Source: Macrostomum hystrix (lineage: Eukaryota > Animalia > Platyhelminthes). From it: 64,000 nt of DNA. The position numbers and the translations under genes are program-made. The notes under the pieces are model-generated. The model was not told the origin of the DNA, did not search any database, and worked only from the letters and a program-made list of their open reading frames with translations. This document shows, one piece after another, positions 41,117 to 53,145 of the stretch. The stretch covers positions 3,286,001 through 3,350,000 of the forward strand of contig CATNEN010000033.1 in assembly GCA_950097015.1 (NCBI GenBank). The letters are read 5' to 3'. Within the stretch, counting starts at the first letter, position 1, and each line of letters starts with the position of its first letter.

Positions 41117-42047
41117 TCAGACTGCAGCCGCGGCGCCGTAAGAGTCACCGCCGGGCAGCAGCTGGTAGCCGAGGGCGCGCATATTCTTCATGCTGGTGCT
41201 GAAGCTGAGGTTCACGTGACCCAGGCTGCTGACCCGTGTGACCTGGCGGCCCTGGCCCTGGCCCAGAATCTTCGGGTCAGTGTAGAGCGGGTGCTCCGAC
41301 TGCATCAGGCCCTGGCAATGATATGCTCAAATGTTTATAAAAAAATTGTAATAGGCAGGATGTGCAGCCAATAGCACAGGCGCATCTGAAGGCTGTTCAG
41401 TCCATGGACTGGAGAGCACCCACAATGAACTACCCCAGCTAATGCTAGTACTTATTCAACAGCTGGGTAAACTGAACCAATTTTAGCGAGCTAAGTGTCG
41501 TGCTTAAGGATAGATACTGTTCCAGTGGAGTCGGGAATTGAACCAATGACCTTCTAGTCGTGAGTCCGACGCTCTCACCACTAGGCTACAACTATTCTTC
41601 ACATGCTATTGAAGTTGCATTGAAGCGCAGTCACTGACTCACCTGCAACTTGCTCATCAGCGAGCTGGCCTGAGGCGCAAACAACGGCACCTTCTTGCTC
41701 ACCCGGCCCGGTTGCATTGGCAGATGGCAGACGGCGTAGCCGCGCACCACCTGATTGCCCCAGATGTCCGTGCCCAGCGCGGTGATGACCAGCTGGGGCC
41801 AGCCGTGTGGATTGGTCGACGTGAACGTCACCTCAACCGGGAAGGCGAAGGCGTGAAGGCCGCGCACGTCGGCGGACTTGCTGGACAGTTGCGAGACGCC
41901 CTCTTCGAGGCCCAGCACCCTCTTCCAGTCGTCGCCGTGGACGAACTGGTAGATCAGGAAGATGTAGTCGTAGTGTGGCAACTCGACGCTTTCAATCTGG
42001 CCGCAAATGTTTAATAGGAAACTGCTCACTGCGGCTTCTGCTGCCAT
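41117..42047 (-). CDS. B9D1: B9 domain-containing protein 1 (ciliary transition zone, MKS module), 2 exons, 199 aa
   Basis: Exons 42047-41643 and 41311-41117, phase 0. Motifs GQIES, GLEEGVSQ, FPVEVTFTSTNPHGWPQ, GNQVVRGY and YTDPK..GQGQGRQVTRV..G follow B9D1 along its whole length. Confidence 0.95.
41350..41590 (-). mobile_element. tRNA-derived SINE with CORE-like body in the B9D1 intron
   Basis: Minus strand: A-box TAGCCTAGTGG and B-box GGTTCAATTCC, then CCTTAAGCACGACACTTAGC...TTTACCCAGCTGTTGAATAAGTAC resembling the SINE CORE domain. A related head is at 45751-45830. Confidence 0.7.
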
Positions 42048-43641
42048 TCTCACTGTCAGCCCTGGAATTAAAATGTACTTAGATACAGTCCTCAAATTAG
42101 TCATGGTATTTCCAGAATTTTTTCGCGTTCCTGAGAAACATTTAGTTAGGTTTAATAGTTATAAACAATCAATGTAAATAAAATAAAAGTTTTAATCAAT
42201 GCAAGACAGTAAAATGCATTTCTTTTTTAAATTCAATTAGTCTGATCAGTGTTCTTCAAGTTACAGTATGTTTTTTTCTTAGCTATCTGATATTTCAGCA
42301 TAAATTTCTTAGGATAAATCATGGCATAAATTGTGATAAATAATCCTTTTCTGCTATTTTCACATACAATGTTCTCAAAAACATTGAAAAGAATATATAC
42401 ATTTAGTTCATTTATTCTAAAAAATAACAAGCATAAATTCAAAGCCTTTTTTGAGTAATAGGATTTTCGTTTTTTCTTTATTGTCTAAAATCTAATGAAA
42501 TACACATTGAAGAGCTTCGATTTTTTGGATCTCATGTTTTATTAAGGACTTAAAGCTTGTTTGTTAAATATTTAAGATTCAAGACAGTTGATTCATAAAA
42601 TAAAGTGGCAACAGTTTTTCCTTCTGCGAAGCTCCTATACTTTTACTAAGATCTTATCTGAGTAACTTACAGAAGCGGTTTTATAGTCTTTGTTTAATAA
42701 TATAAAAAAATGCCAATCTCACTTTATTCTTCCTAGAAAGACTATGTGCCATTGCTGTGAAATTCAAGAGGAAGATTTCTAAACTGAAAAAATATTTTTT
42801 TAGTTAGACAAATTACTGCTTCCGGATGACAAAAGAGACTACAAACTGAAAGAATGCGTTAAATTTGCGAAACACGTGAACTTGAAAACCAACGATTTAT
42901 TTTTGAGTACATATCGGCACGAGTTAAAACAAAACAAATGGAAAATTAACACCAAAAACTTGTACGGCCCTCTGTGAAGCCGTCTATAAGTTTAAGTGTA
43001 AATTTTCAATTGTAATATAATTATAAATAAATTGTGAACATAGGTTCCACAGAATCGTTCCAAATAATTAATGAGTCAATTCTGGGTATTTGCACTTCGC
43101 TTTTTACACTTTGAGCGAGGCCTTTATTGCTTTTATTCGTGGTTTACTGGACTTTAATTTACACCCAGATATAAGTTTTTAACTGTGATTTTTTAACATA
43201 ATTCTTGATAGAATCATAGGATATTCATTGGATTTATACCTAAGGTAGAACTTTTTTATCAATCGGCCTTCTAAGGTAAGATATAACAGTAAGAAAATTT
43301 ATTATTACATTCTTTTATGGATAATTTTTACGAAGTGGTGTCAAAACCACATAATAAACACATAAATAAAAAAGGTAATTGTAATATAATGTAATCGTCT
43401 CGTTGATCAAAGAATCAAAGCAGATCAAGATCAAAGATTGGCGCAGAAAAAAAGAAAGAATAAACTCGCGAAAATTCTCACAATTTAATGCATATATTGA
43501 ATTCCAGAACATGCAAAACGGCTAAGTGTAAACGTTGTAAGCGAAATCCATAAATCTTGCACTTTTTTGTTAACCCTGAACAAATATTTTTATCTTATTT
43601 TAATTAGCAACTTTCCAACAACGGAATCGATTCTAGTTAAA

Positions 43642-44292
43642 TCAAACAGGCAAAAGGCATGACCCAAATACCAGCCATCTTACAATCGCTGAAATGTAAA
43701 GCATTTGTGGCATCAAATAGCGCACGTGACCGCAAGCGATGTCTTCCAGCGGCCGGTTCAGACTGTGTTGCCAAATCCACCCGGCAAAGTACGAGCCCTT
43801 GAGGCAGAGCCACAATAGCAGAGTCATGTACAGCAGCAGGAATATCTGGGCTAGCCTTCTCTGGTCGGTGCTGCTGAGACTGCTGTGGAGCAGAACACTG
43901 CCAGCACCGGCGACTGAGCCGCGCTCAATGATTTTCCGCCGCGCCGTATCCATCTGCTCCCACTGCTTGGACGGCTTGTGCTTGAGCTTGACCACCAGCC
44001 AGTCCGGCAGGGCCGGCAGGCTACGGACGAGGGCCGGACGATCCAGCCGGCCGAAGAATTCCATAAAGCCGAGCAGGCAGAACAGGCTGCTAGTCTGCAC
44101 GAGGTGCCACTGCAGCGAGCCTGCGTAGAAAGTGCACGGGCCGCACATGGCCGTGGCGAACAAGAACTCGGCGCAGGACATCAGCCAGCTGAGGTGCACC
44201 ACGATCAGGTGCGAAGTTGCTCGCAGGAAGCGCTGCACATTGCGGACGGCGCCAATCAATAACGACGGACACAGATCGCGACATCGTTTCAT
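43642..44292 (-). CDS. Hypothetical multi-pass membrane protein, 216 aa, intronless
   Basis: ATG-to-stop ORF, GC-rich inside AT-rich flanks, with several hydrophobic segments (e.g. LAQIFLLLYMTLLLWLCL) and a splice-acceptor-like TATTATCAG 9 nt before the ATG. Confidence 0.72.
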   Translation of the reverse strand: MKRCRDLCPSLLIGAVRNVQRFLRATSHLIVVHLSWLMSCAEFLFATAMCGPCTFYAGSLQWHLVQTSSLFCLLGFMEFFGRLDRPALVRSLPALPDWLVVKLKHKPSKQWEQMDTARRKIIERGSVAGAGSVLLHSSLSSTDQRRLAQIFLLLYMTLLLWLCLKGSYFAGWIWQHSLNRPLEDIACGHVRYLMPQMLYISAIVRWLVFGSCLLPV

Positions 44293-45111
44293 AATTTTAG
44301 CCTGATAATATTAGTTTAATCTACAATGTGAGCATTAACTAGGACAGCTTGAGCATTTCGGGAAAACTGACAATCATCGCGATTAAAATGCATCAGGCTC
44401 TTTCAACAACTGTCTATGGCATTCGGCATTCTATGAGAATTACTCGTACGAGCTATTTACCTTCCTTCAAATTTACCAAAATAGTTATAACCATGTTAAT
44501 CGTGGAAAAATATAGCGTAAAAAGAAGACACAGAAATATAATTTTTAGTTCGTATTGAAGGAATCAATTCCTCTAGCCTGTACGAGCCAGAAAATAAAAG
44601 TTTTTCTATTTTTGATCGATTTTCGTTTGGCGCGAAAAAAAAATATTTTTAACGAGTGTTTTTCCCTATGCGCATTTCAAAATGTGTTCCTAAATAAGAA
44701 CTACAATGTGCAGGTGGCTTATCGAGCTGGGTGCTTGTGTCGATCTACGAATCTCTACGATTGCTGGTGAGTCACAACATCCATTGGAAAGGAAATAAAA
44801 GCAGGCGAGAGAGAGAGAGAGACACGAGACGGGGCCGCCTTCCACCCCGCCCCGATCCCCTCATTCTCGCAGCCGTATTGATCTAATCGACAACGCCAGC
44901 CAACCCCGGGCCAGCTGGTATAGGGAGCTATGCAATAGGCTGCATGATTAAGCCTCCGACTTGAAGAAACACTCCCCCACAGTTTGGGTTGCTTTGTGTT
45001 TCCTCGCTCGAGAGCCTCAGCCTTATCTACTCATATCGGTGCGAGTGACTGAGTCAAGTGCCACCAACCGGAGCAACTAGACAGAAAATCAAATCTCCTT
45101 CGCGCTTTGAA

Positions 45112-46519
45112 ATGAATTCAGACATCAGCATGACCGCATCGTCGGCATCTGGCTCTTCCGCTGGAGCCTTCTTTGCCATCTACGATTGCAGACAATATCC
45201 GGCCTATGACAACGCGGCTTTCGCCCATGAACTGCCTCCCAATCCAGCAGCGGCGGAGCAGCTGAGGCGACCAGCTACCGACGGCCGCGCAGCCAGACCT
45301 GCGAGACACCTTCACCTGCCAACCAATGGCGCTGCTCCGGCTGAGCAGACTAAGGGCAAATCAAAGATGGTAATCAGTGGGAATTAGCGACAGCGACATA
45401 ATATATCGATAATAATAATAATTGCAGGAGGGCTGCGGGCAATGGCACATCATTTGGTGACACCAGACCCGCAGCCAGCGAGCAATGCTCTGAGCACACT
45501 ACATCTGCCCTGATTTTCTCATCGTCAGGCAGTGTACACTCTCTCTGTGCCTTGCGGGTTGGCTCTCAAGGGGCAAGCACGCACATTGCACGACAATCCC
45601 CCAAGCCTTCTCTTCTCGGCTGCGACCCAAATGAATGTGGCCTCGCCACAGAATCGAGCTCAGGGACCTTGATGCAAGAGGCAAACGCGTTAGACCGCTC
45701 TGCCACCCACCCCTCCAATGGATCTTCGATTTAGGATAATTATAATAAAATAGCGCGTCGGACTCACGGCTTGACGGTCGGGAGTTCGATTCCCGAATCC
45801 GCTGGAACAATTTGTCCTTTAGCAAGACTAGCAAGATTCCCAGCAAGCTATGATTAACTGATGCTTAAAAACTTTATCTGAGAAGCCAACAATTCAAAAT
45901 ACAGAAAGCCACAGCAGCAGCAGCTCCGTTCCTGGACGACAGTCTTGACGACAACTCAGTGCTCGACGGACCGGGCTGCGACACCCCAACCGAGGCGCCG
46001 GCCGTCTCAAGTTGTCAAGCCGACAATCGGTGGGCCGCAGCCGCGGCGGCCGTCGTTGAACATCGAAAGCGGCCGACTCTATTGAAGCTGGCTGAGGCTG
46101 CCACCGCCGCAGCTGACCTGTCCGAGATGCTGTCGCGGGAAATTCAACGTCAGCGAGTTGAGTCCTCTCTGTTGGGACCACAACGCCAGCAGCAGCAGCA
46201 GCAGCAGCAGTCAGCATTCACTCGAACCAGTGGTGGTTCCGTTCGCCACCATCCGGACTGGTGGCGAGGCGCCATCGCGGAGCACCTGAACAGTCGGGCC
46301 GGCCATCACTACTTCAACGGCGAGCGAGACCCCTCAGCGACAGCGCGGACCTCCATTCGGGGAAGTTTGCTGGCCTACAGGCGTGGTCCGAGGCCTGAGG
46401 TGATTGGACACTTTGATCAGCCCCCGCAGCAGAAGCAGCAGCAACAGCTACAGCAGCAACAGCAGCAAAAGCTATCTTTTAGAAGAAAAGAACGCTTTCG
46501 TCAAAGCACACGGCATTGA
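45112..46519 (+). CDS. Hypothetical protein, 2 exons, about 290 aa
   Basis: Exon 45112-45369 (donor GTAATC) joins exon 45905-46519 (acceptor ATACAG) in phase 0 with no stop. Mostly low-complexity, with one complex block (HHPDWWRGAIAEHLNSRAGHHYFNGERDP). Confidence 0.62.
45490..45711 (-). mobile_element. tRNA-derived SINE (second family), intronic
   Basis: Minus strand begins GGTGGGTGGCAGAGCGGTCTAACGCG (A-box) ... GAGCTCGATTC (B-box variant), followed by an unrelated body. The 3' end is approximate. Confidence 0.55.
45751..45835 (+). mobile_element. Truncated tRNA-derived SINE head, same family as 41350-41590
   Basis: GCGTCGGACTCACG...GAGTTCGATTCCCGAATCCGCTGGAACA matches GCGTCGGACTCACG...GGTTCAATTCCCGACTCCACTGGAACA in the B9D1 intron. 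Confidence 0.7.
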
Positions 46520-46819
46520 GCTGAGCAAAAGTTTAGTATTCTTTTCGCAAGGTAGCTTGAACATTTTGCCATTACTTCGGTGCTCAGCAATCTATGGTTT
46601 GTCCGTGCGGTCGGTTTGGGTTTTCTCGAAGTTCGTTTGATTACCAGAAATTTTTTGAAGCCCTGTGATTTAATTTTTTTGCTGTTGTCATCCTGCCTGC
46701 TCAGAAATGTGTTAATTAGAAAAGTCTAAAATCTTTGCTTTCATTATTGATTTTCATGAACGATTAGTTGTTTTAGTCAGGTTGATACTAAATTTTAATG
46801 CCAGAGAAAAATGCACAAG

Positions 46820-47305
46820 GCGTGAGGTGGGAGTCACACTCATTGACTGGATTGGGCCAGGGCGGGAGGTGGGAGTCACACTAATTGGCAGGATTGGGCC
46901 AGGGCGGGAGGTGGGAGTCACACTAATTGGCAGGATTGGGCCAGGGCTGGAGGTGGGAGTCACACTCATTGACTGGATTGGGCCAGGGCGTGAGGTGGGA
47001 GTCACACTCATTGACTGGATTGGGCCAGGGCGGGAGGTGGGAGTCACAATTATTGACTGGATTGGGCCAGGGAGTGAGGTGGGAGTCACACTCATTGACT
47101 GGATTGGGCCGGGACGTGAGGTGGGAGTCACACTAATTGGCAGGATTGGGCCAGGGCTGGTCCAGGGCTGGAGGTGGGAGTCACACTAATTGGCAGGATT
47201 GGGCCAGGGCTGGAGGTGGGAGTCACACTCATTGACTGGATTGGGCCAGGGCGGGAGGTGGGAGTCACACTCATTGACTGGATTGGGCCAAGGCGTGAGG
47301 TGGGA
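46820..47305. repeat. 42-bp minisatellite (GAGGTGGGAGTCACACTCATTGACTGGATTGGGCCAGGGCGT)n
   Basis: Period 42 gives the 14-aa repeat ORFs. Confidence 0.95.
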
Positions 47306-48760
47306 GTCTTAGCAGCTTACAATTTTTCGTTTCTTCTTTTGAATATCTTCATTCAGAAAAGTGCATAAAACGAATTTTGCAGCTAACTATCAATTTTTCT
47401 ATCGTATGAAAAGCTCCTTTGATTATAAAATTATTGTCGAGATAGCTTTCCATTTGGCGCTACAGACTGTTGTTGTAAAATAATACAATAATGTTCAGGC
47501 ATATGCTACTAACAGTAGAAAAATGGCTGTCACCAAGTGCCAGTGTGTTATTTTCATCAAGCAAGTTTCATCATTTGCACAATTATGTGCTATGAGCTAT
47601 AAATGGACATGATGCAGCACAATGAGCCTGCAAAGAAGAAAATTGTCAACATTTAGCAGGTCGGTTTTTCCTTCTGTCTAGCTAGAAAAAACCTGCCAAA
47701 TAATTCCTAGCCTGAGAAGTGCCCGATTCGTGATTGACACTTCGCATTCGCTATTTTTAGTGTGAGAACATAGAATCTGCTCAAGATATCTGAAAATTAA
47801 TTTAGATTTCGACCCAGCTCTTTTTCTGGGAAAAGTGAACTTCATACCTTCAGCTAATTATTAATTTGGATTCACTCGGCCGTACCTATCACAAACACTC
47901 ACACGAATGTCGCTTTTGGACGAAATATCCCGGCTGTCACATGGCAGCTCTGAGCCAATGGCGACATGCGATTCCCAAGGTCATCCCTATGATCCTATTA
48001 AATCGTAAATAGTGAATCACTCACCGAGAGAGTGATCTTTGGAGTCACGTGACCTCTTTGATATAAAAATAATTGCAAATACGAATACATTTTCCGATTA
48101 GTGGAATAATGTCAGCAAGCACTACGATAAAACAAAGCAGTCACAGAGGCATTTTATTCTAGTTTGTAACAAACAAAGCACAATGATAAAACTGACGTCA
48201 CTATAAAATAATATTGGTAACAAGTTCCCTGACAGTGCGTCCTACCTGAGACATGAAATCTCTTGAATGTGTGGAATATCTGTTCAAAATCTAATCAACC
48301 AAATCCTATGACCCTTGCATGCATGAAGTGACAGCGAACAGGGAATCAATAAAAAAGAAATACAGATTATGTCTAATGTCAACATTGAAACAAAAACATT
48401 GCAAATATCTACTCATGTTTGCTTTTAAAGCAAATAATAACAAAAATGATTTTAGTTAAAAAGCCAAGTTGACAACCAAATGAGATCGGATTCGGTCTAG
48501 AGAATCCGGCAGAAAGACAGAAACGATGATGAGCCGAGAGGCAAGCAGACAGGAACAGATCACGGGTTTAGAAATCGTTGGCTCACCAGTTCGATAATTG
48601 TTAGTGCACACAAGCAGCACACAGATTCCGATTTTGTTGAAATAAAGTTTCCTAAGAAATTGCACAACGCAGCATTCAGAGAGCCTTAGTGAAACGAAAT
48701 AAAAAGAGCAGAATATTTGTTAGAATGAGATATATTAAAAAATTAGTTAGCTCGTATTAA

Positions 48761-51700
48761 TCATTGTAGTTGCAGTTGCTGCTGTTGTTGCTGCTGCTGC
48801 TTCTTTGGCCGCAGGGTGGCGTCTTCACCTTCGGTCTCCTCGCTGATGGGCTCAACGACGCCCGTTCCGCTGGGGCTGACTGAGGCGGCTCCGGCGTAGC
48901 CAAACGACGACGCTGACAAGCCATCGGTGGAGTCGGCGTCGCCCTGAGGACTGAGCGAGTCATCGTCGCCAAGAGCGGCGGCGCTGGCAGCCATGGCGGC
49001 GGCGTCGGCGGCCATCCGGGCTGCGGTGCTCGGCAGCAGGCCAGCGAGCTCGGACTCGTACGGGTCCTCCGAGGAGTCGGGCGTCGTCGCAGTCGCCAGT
49101 GCCAAAGTCGCCGCGGCTCCGTAGGGTCGCCCGCCAATCGGAGAGTTTCTCGGACTGGCACTCGGGTGCCGGACTCTGGACGTGCTGACGCTGCGATGCA
49201 AGTCCTGGTAGGAGGCGGCCAGGCGGTTCAGGACCTGCTGGGAGGCGCGCATCTGCTGGTTGAGCCGCTGAATCTCGCGCCCCTGCTCCGTCAGCATGCG
49301 GATCATCCGCCGGACACTCTCTGGCTCATCCTCCGGCTGGACAACATTGCCGTAGCCGCCAGAATTTACGCCGGCGTTGGTTCCGGTGCCCGGCGCGCCG
49401 TAAATGCCCCGACCGCCGCTGAGCAGCTCCGTGCTGCCGCCGCCGACGTCGATTCTCTGCCGATTGGCCGGCCGCACGCTGTGAAACGAGTGCCGGCCGT
49501 CCTGCGAGCGGCTGAAAAAACTGCCGGGGACCGGCGGGTTGGGCCGGGCGTAGTAGTCAGTGGACGATGAATCGCCAATTGAAGCTCCAACAGCCGCCGC
49601 AGCTGCAGCGGTGACGTCCGGCTCATTGTAAATTGGAGAGCTGATGAACGAGTGGGCGCTGCCCGGCCTGGAACTGCTACGAGATGCCGGGAGGCGTGTA
49701 TGATGATATCCTTGCCGATCTGTCATCAGCAGCGCTCCGGTGCCGTCTCCATCGATTGAGCCGAGCGTCGAAGCGCGGCCCTGCGGCGGAGGTCGGTAGC
49801 GACTGCCGGCGAGCCGTCGCTTATCGTCTGTCGGTGCGAAAGTGAGTAAAAGAGGCTTAAATTCCAAGAAAACACAACAAATTCGGAGAAAGCATAACAG
49901 ATTCCAAGAAAACACAACAAATTCGGAGAAAGCATAACAGATTCCAAGAAAACACAACAAATTCGGAGAAAGCATAACAGATTCCAAGAAAACGACTCGA
50001 TGCTAAGAAAACGTAATCGTAACTTTGATTCGAGGAGAATTAATTGGATTCCAGTAACAAGACCCAGAATCCAGGAAGACGAGTCTGATTCCAGGAATAC
50101 TTATTGATTCAAGAAAAACAACTCGTTTCTAGGAAAACAAAAGCTCGAAGATTTCAAGAAAATGCCTCGATTACTACACAGCACCTCAGATTCTAGAAAT
50201 ATGAACCTCATTTTAAGAAAGCTAGTCAGACTTTTTGAAAATGTTGAAAATATTTTTTGGAAAATGCCTCATCAAAGACAACTCTAATTCTAAGAGAAAT
50301 TATATTCTAGTAAAGCAAGCCACGAGAATAGATGATTATCATCATCGGATTCATCGTTCTGGATTTTCATGGCAATTGGTTGAATTCTTAGGGAAATACA
50401 GAAATTTGAAAAAAGATTCCTTATTTGGAAATAATGCTCAAATGCATCAACTGATAACTGACCTCGAGATGTGAAGCAGCATCGGCAGCAGAATATGCTA
50501 ACTGTGACCACAATGACCAGCAGGATGAGCAGAGCCAGGCTGGCCACCAGCACGTGACCATTCGTTAGGGACTCAACTGAAACGATTTGTCGTGTAAAAT
50601 TACAGTTTTTTTCGCGGTAGAATCCTGGCTTAGAACAGATTATCCAATAGATTTGAAGTCAATCGACTGTTCCGCACTCACATATCTTAGCATTGAACCA
50701 GTCTGTTGCAATTCCAGCATTCGACAGAGATGTTGAATCGGTGGTAAGGATCTCCTGCAGATCTGCGGGTTTGAAGGTTGTGTCAAAGTCATCCCTTGCA
50801 GTTTTGTTACATTTTAGTCACCGATTTGTGTTCTTCCTAATTTCCCTTGATTACAGAAACATTTGCAAAAGCAATAAGACTTTGTGATCTATAATGGGGC
50901 CTGGGCTGCTTACACCGCCGATAAGAACCTGCAAGAAGAGCTCTTGTTATCGAATTCTCATGAGAGATTCACAGCTGCAGAAGAAAGTCAAAGTTAGAAA
51001 AGGCGACAGAGAGACAGAGACAGAGAGATCCTTCATGTCACAAGTTAGACGGTGCAAGACTTGGCCTGGCAGCACAGCCACACGCACACAGACATGGCAA
51101 TTAGGACACCTCTGGCCCGCGATTCCACTCAAAAGCCTTCTCCTCTTCTGCCTCATGTTGTGTCAAGCTTTCAGGCAACCGTTGGGCACTCGCTGCTTTT
51201 ATTTTGAGCACGTGGCGCTGGCTGGGCCAAAGCTGAACTCAAGTATCATCGATCGGTTTCTTGGAAAGAAAATTTTCATTTCTTTTGCGACTCTCTCGCG
51301 TAGCTTCGTTAGCAGCTAAATAATGAGAACATTTTGATTATATTACTGGCACCAAAACCAACCTTTCTTAAAAGCAGTGGCCGGTAGCCCTGTGGTGGTA
51401 GTCCTTGTTGTGTCAGTTGTGAAAGCTGCAGTTGTCTTTGTTGTTTCTGTCGCTACTGTACCCCTTGACAAAGTGAATTGTGATGTGGCTGCATTCTTTT
51501 GGATAGTCTTTGTTGTTGTACTAGTACTGGGACTTGTGGTGGTCTTTGTTGTGGTTGAAGTCGTAGTCCTTATAGTAGTACTTGGAGACGTAGAGGACGT
51601 TGCAGTTGTTGTGGCAGCACTCGTGATTGTAGTTGTGGCCTCAGTTGTGGTCGTCGGTTCGATCACCCTGACAAGTGTGTTCGACCGCATCTGCTTGTAC

Positions 51701-52152
51701 TGGCAGGTGAAGTCTCCGTTCAATCTCTGGCTGGCATTCTCGAATCGGTAGGTCACCGTTATGTCGAACAGTCCGACGGCGCCAGAAGCCGACGGCTGCT
51801 TGTCGATGGCGCAGCTGGCGGAGGGCAGTTCGGGCGCGATCTGACGGCAGGCCTCCGAGCCGGCCAGGCTGGCGCACATCGGCCGGTTGCAGTTCTCGAA
51901 GCAGGCCGACTTGCCAGCCGCGTCGCCCAAGAAGCCGGTCAGCGGACAGTACAGCCACACCGCCAAGAGTTGGTTGGCACCGAATGCCTGGCACTCCAGC
52001 TGCAAGGTGGCGCCTCTGCTTAATGTGCTGGACCCGCCGGCAGGCAGCCGAGCGTTGACGCCTTCGCCCAGGATGGCAAGGGCGTCCGGGGCCTCAGCTG
52101 CTAGGAGGATCAGCAGCTGGACTCTGAGGATGAGGCCGAGGTCGCGGGTCAT
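48761..52152 (-). CDS. Type I membrane protein: signal peptide, Ig-like domain, Thr-rich stalk, TM, long cytoplasmic tail; 3 exons, about 656 aa
   Basis: Exons 52152-51363, 50576-50463 and 49827-48761; both introns are GT-AG, phase 1. Ig hallmarks LECQ, VWL and NGDFTC; TM VLVASLALLILLVIVVTVSIF followed by CCRCC; coiled-coil-like MLTEQGREIQRLNQQMRASQQVLNRLAASYQDL in the tail. Confidence 0.85.
49862..49992. repeat. 40-bp repeat, about 3 copies, intronic
   Basis: TTCCAAGAAAACACAACAAATTCGGAGAAAGCATAACAGA at 49862, 49902 and 49942. Confidence 0.93.
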
Positions 52153-52814
52153 GACGGCATGGTGTTTGAGGCCCTCGCAAGTGGCTATGGAAAATGAGCG
52201 GAAAGCAAATTTGCTAGCGAAAGGAAGGCCTACAGGCCAATTAATGCTCTAGATTGCGCTCAAGAATACAGCCAATTATTTCAGCAATATGAATAAATAT
52301 GAGTCCATTCAGTGTGCTCAGCTCTCGTCTGTCTGAAAGCCCAGCCAATGGGGCCTGAGCTGCAAGGGTGGGTTTATAAGCCCCGTGAGTCTAATCTGAG
52401 TTCTGTCTGTCCAGGTGCTTAAAGACTTCAGAGACCGAATATAGGCGCAGAGCTATGCTGAGGCTTGCTCAACAGCGGGAGGGCGAGAGGGCGATACCAA
52501 CTGAGAGGCGAATTAGGCTGTACTGGCACTGAGCTTCGCTTTTCTTTCGCCTTATAAAATGCCAAATCTCCACTATCTCTTCGGTAGCGTTGATTATTCA
52601 CTAACTTTACAGCTCTGAACTGCGGGCTCAACTTTCAAATGCATGACCGCCCCCACCGCCCCCGCTCGGTTAAACCCCCAAGCTCACCTGCCATCTCACC
52701 TGCTGCTGCTGCTGCTGCTGCTGTCACGCACACATACCGCCATAGAGAGGTGCCTAGCTTGAAGCCTGTAATAGACTACGAAATTTAGCCAGACCTCCGT
52801 ATTTCTGAATAGCC

Positions 52815-53145
52815 TCACAGGTGGGTTGCAGCCTCCTTATCTAACAGGTGGGTTGCAGCCTCCTTATCTAACAGGTGGGTTGCAGCCTACTTATCTAACA
52901 GGTGGGTTGCAGCCTCCTTATCTAACAGGTGGGTTGCAGCCTCCTTATCTAACAGGTGGGTTGCAGCCTCCTTATCTAACAGGTGGGTTGCAGCCTCCTT
53001 ATCTAACAGGTGGGTTGCAGCCTCCTTATCTAACAGGTGGGTTGCAGCGTCCTTATCTAACAGCCTCACAGGTGGGTTGCAGCCCCCTTATCTAACAGCC
53101 TCACAGGTGGGTTGCAGCCCCCTTATCTAACAGCCTCACAGGTGG
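52815..53145. repeat. 27-bp minisatellite (AACAGGTGGGTTGCAGCCTCCTTATCT)n
   Basis: Read directly. Confidence 0.95.

Noticed and set aside
41500-41590. Possible tRNA gene
   Set aside because: A and B boxes are present, but the anticodon and acceptor stems do not pair and it continues into a SINE-like body.
48761-49987. Hydrophobic N-terminus of the 408-aa ORF as a signal or TM segment
   Set aside because: It derives from the intronic 40-bp repeat; the exon starts at 49827.
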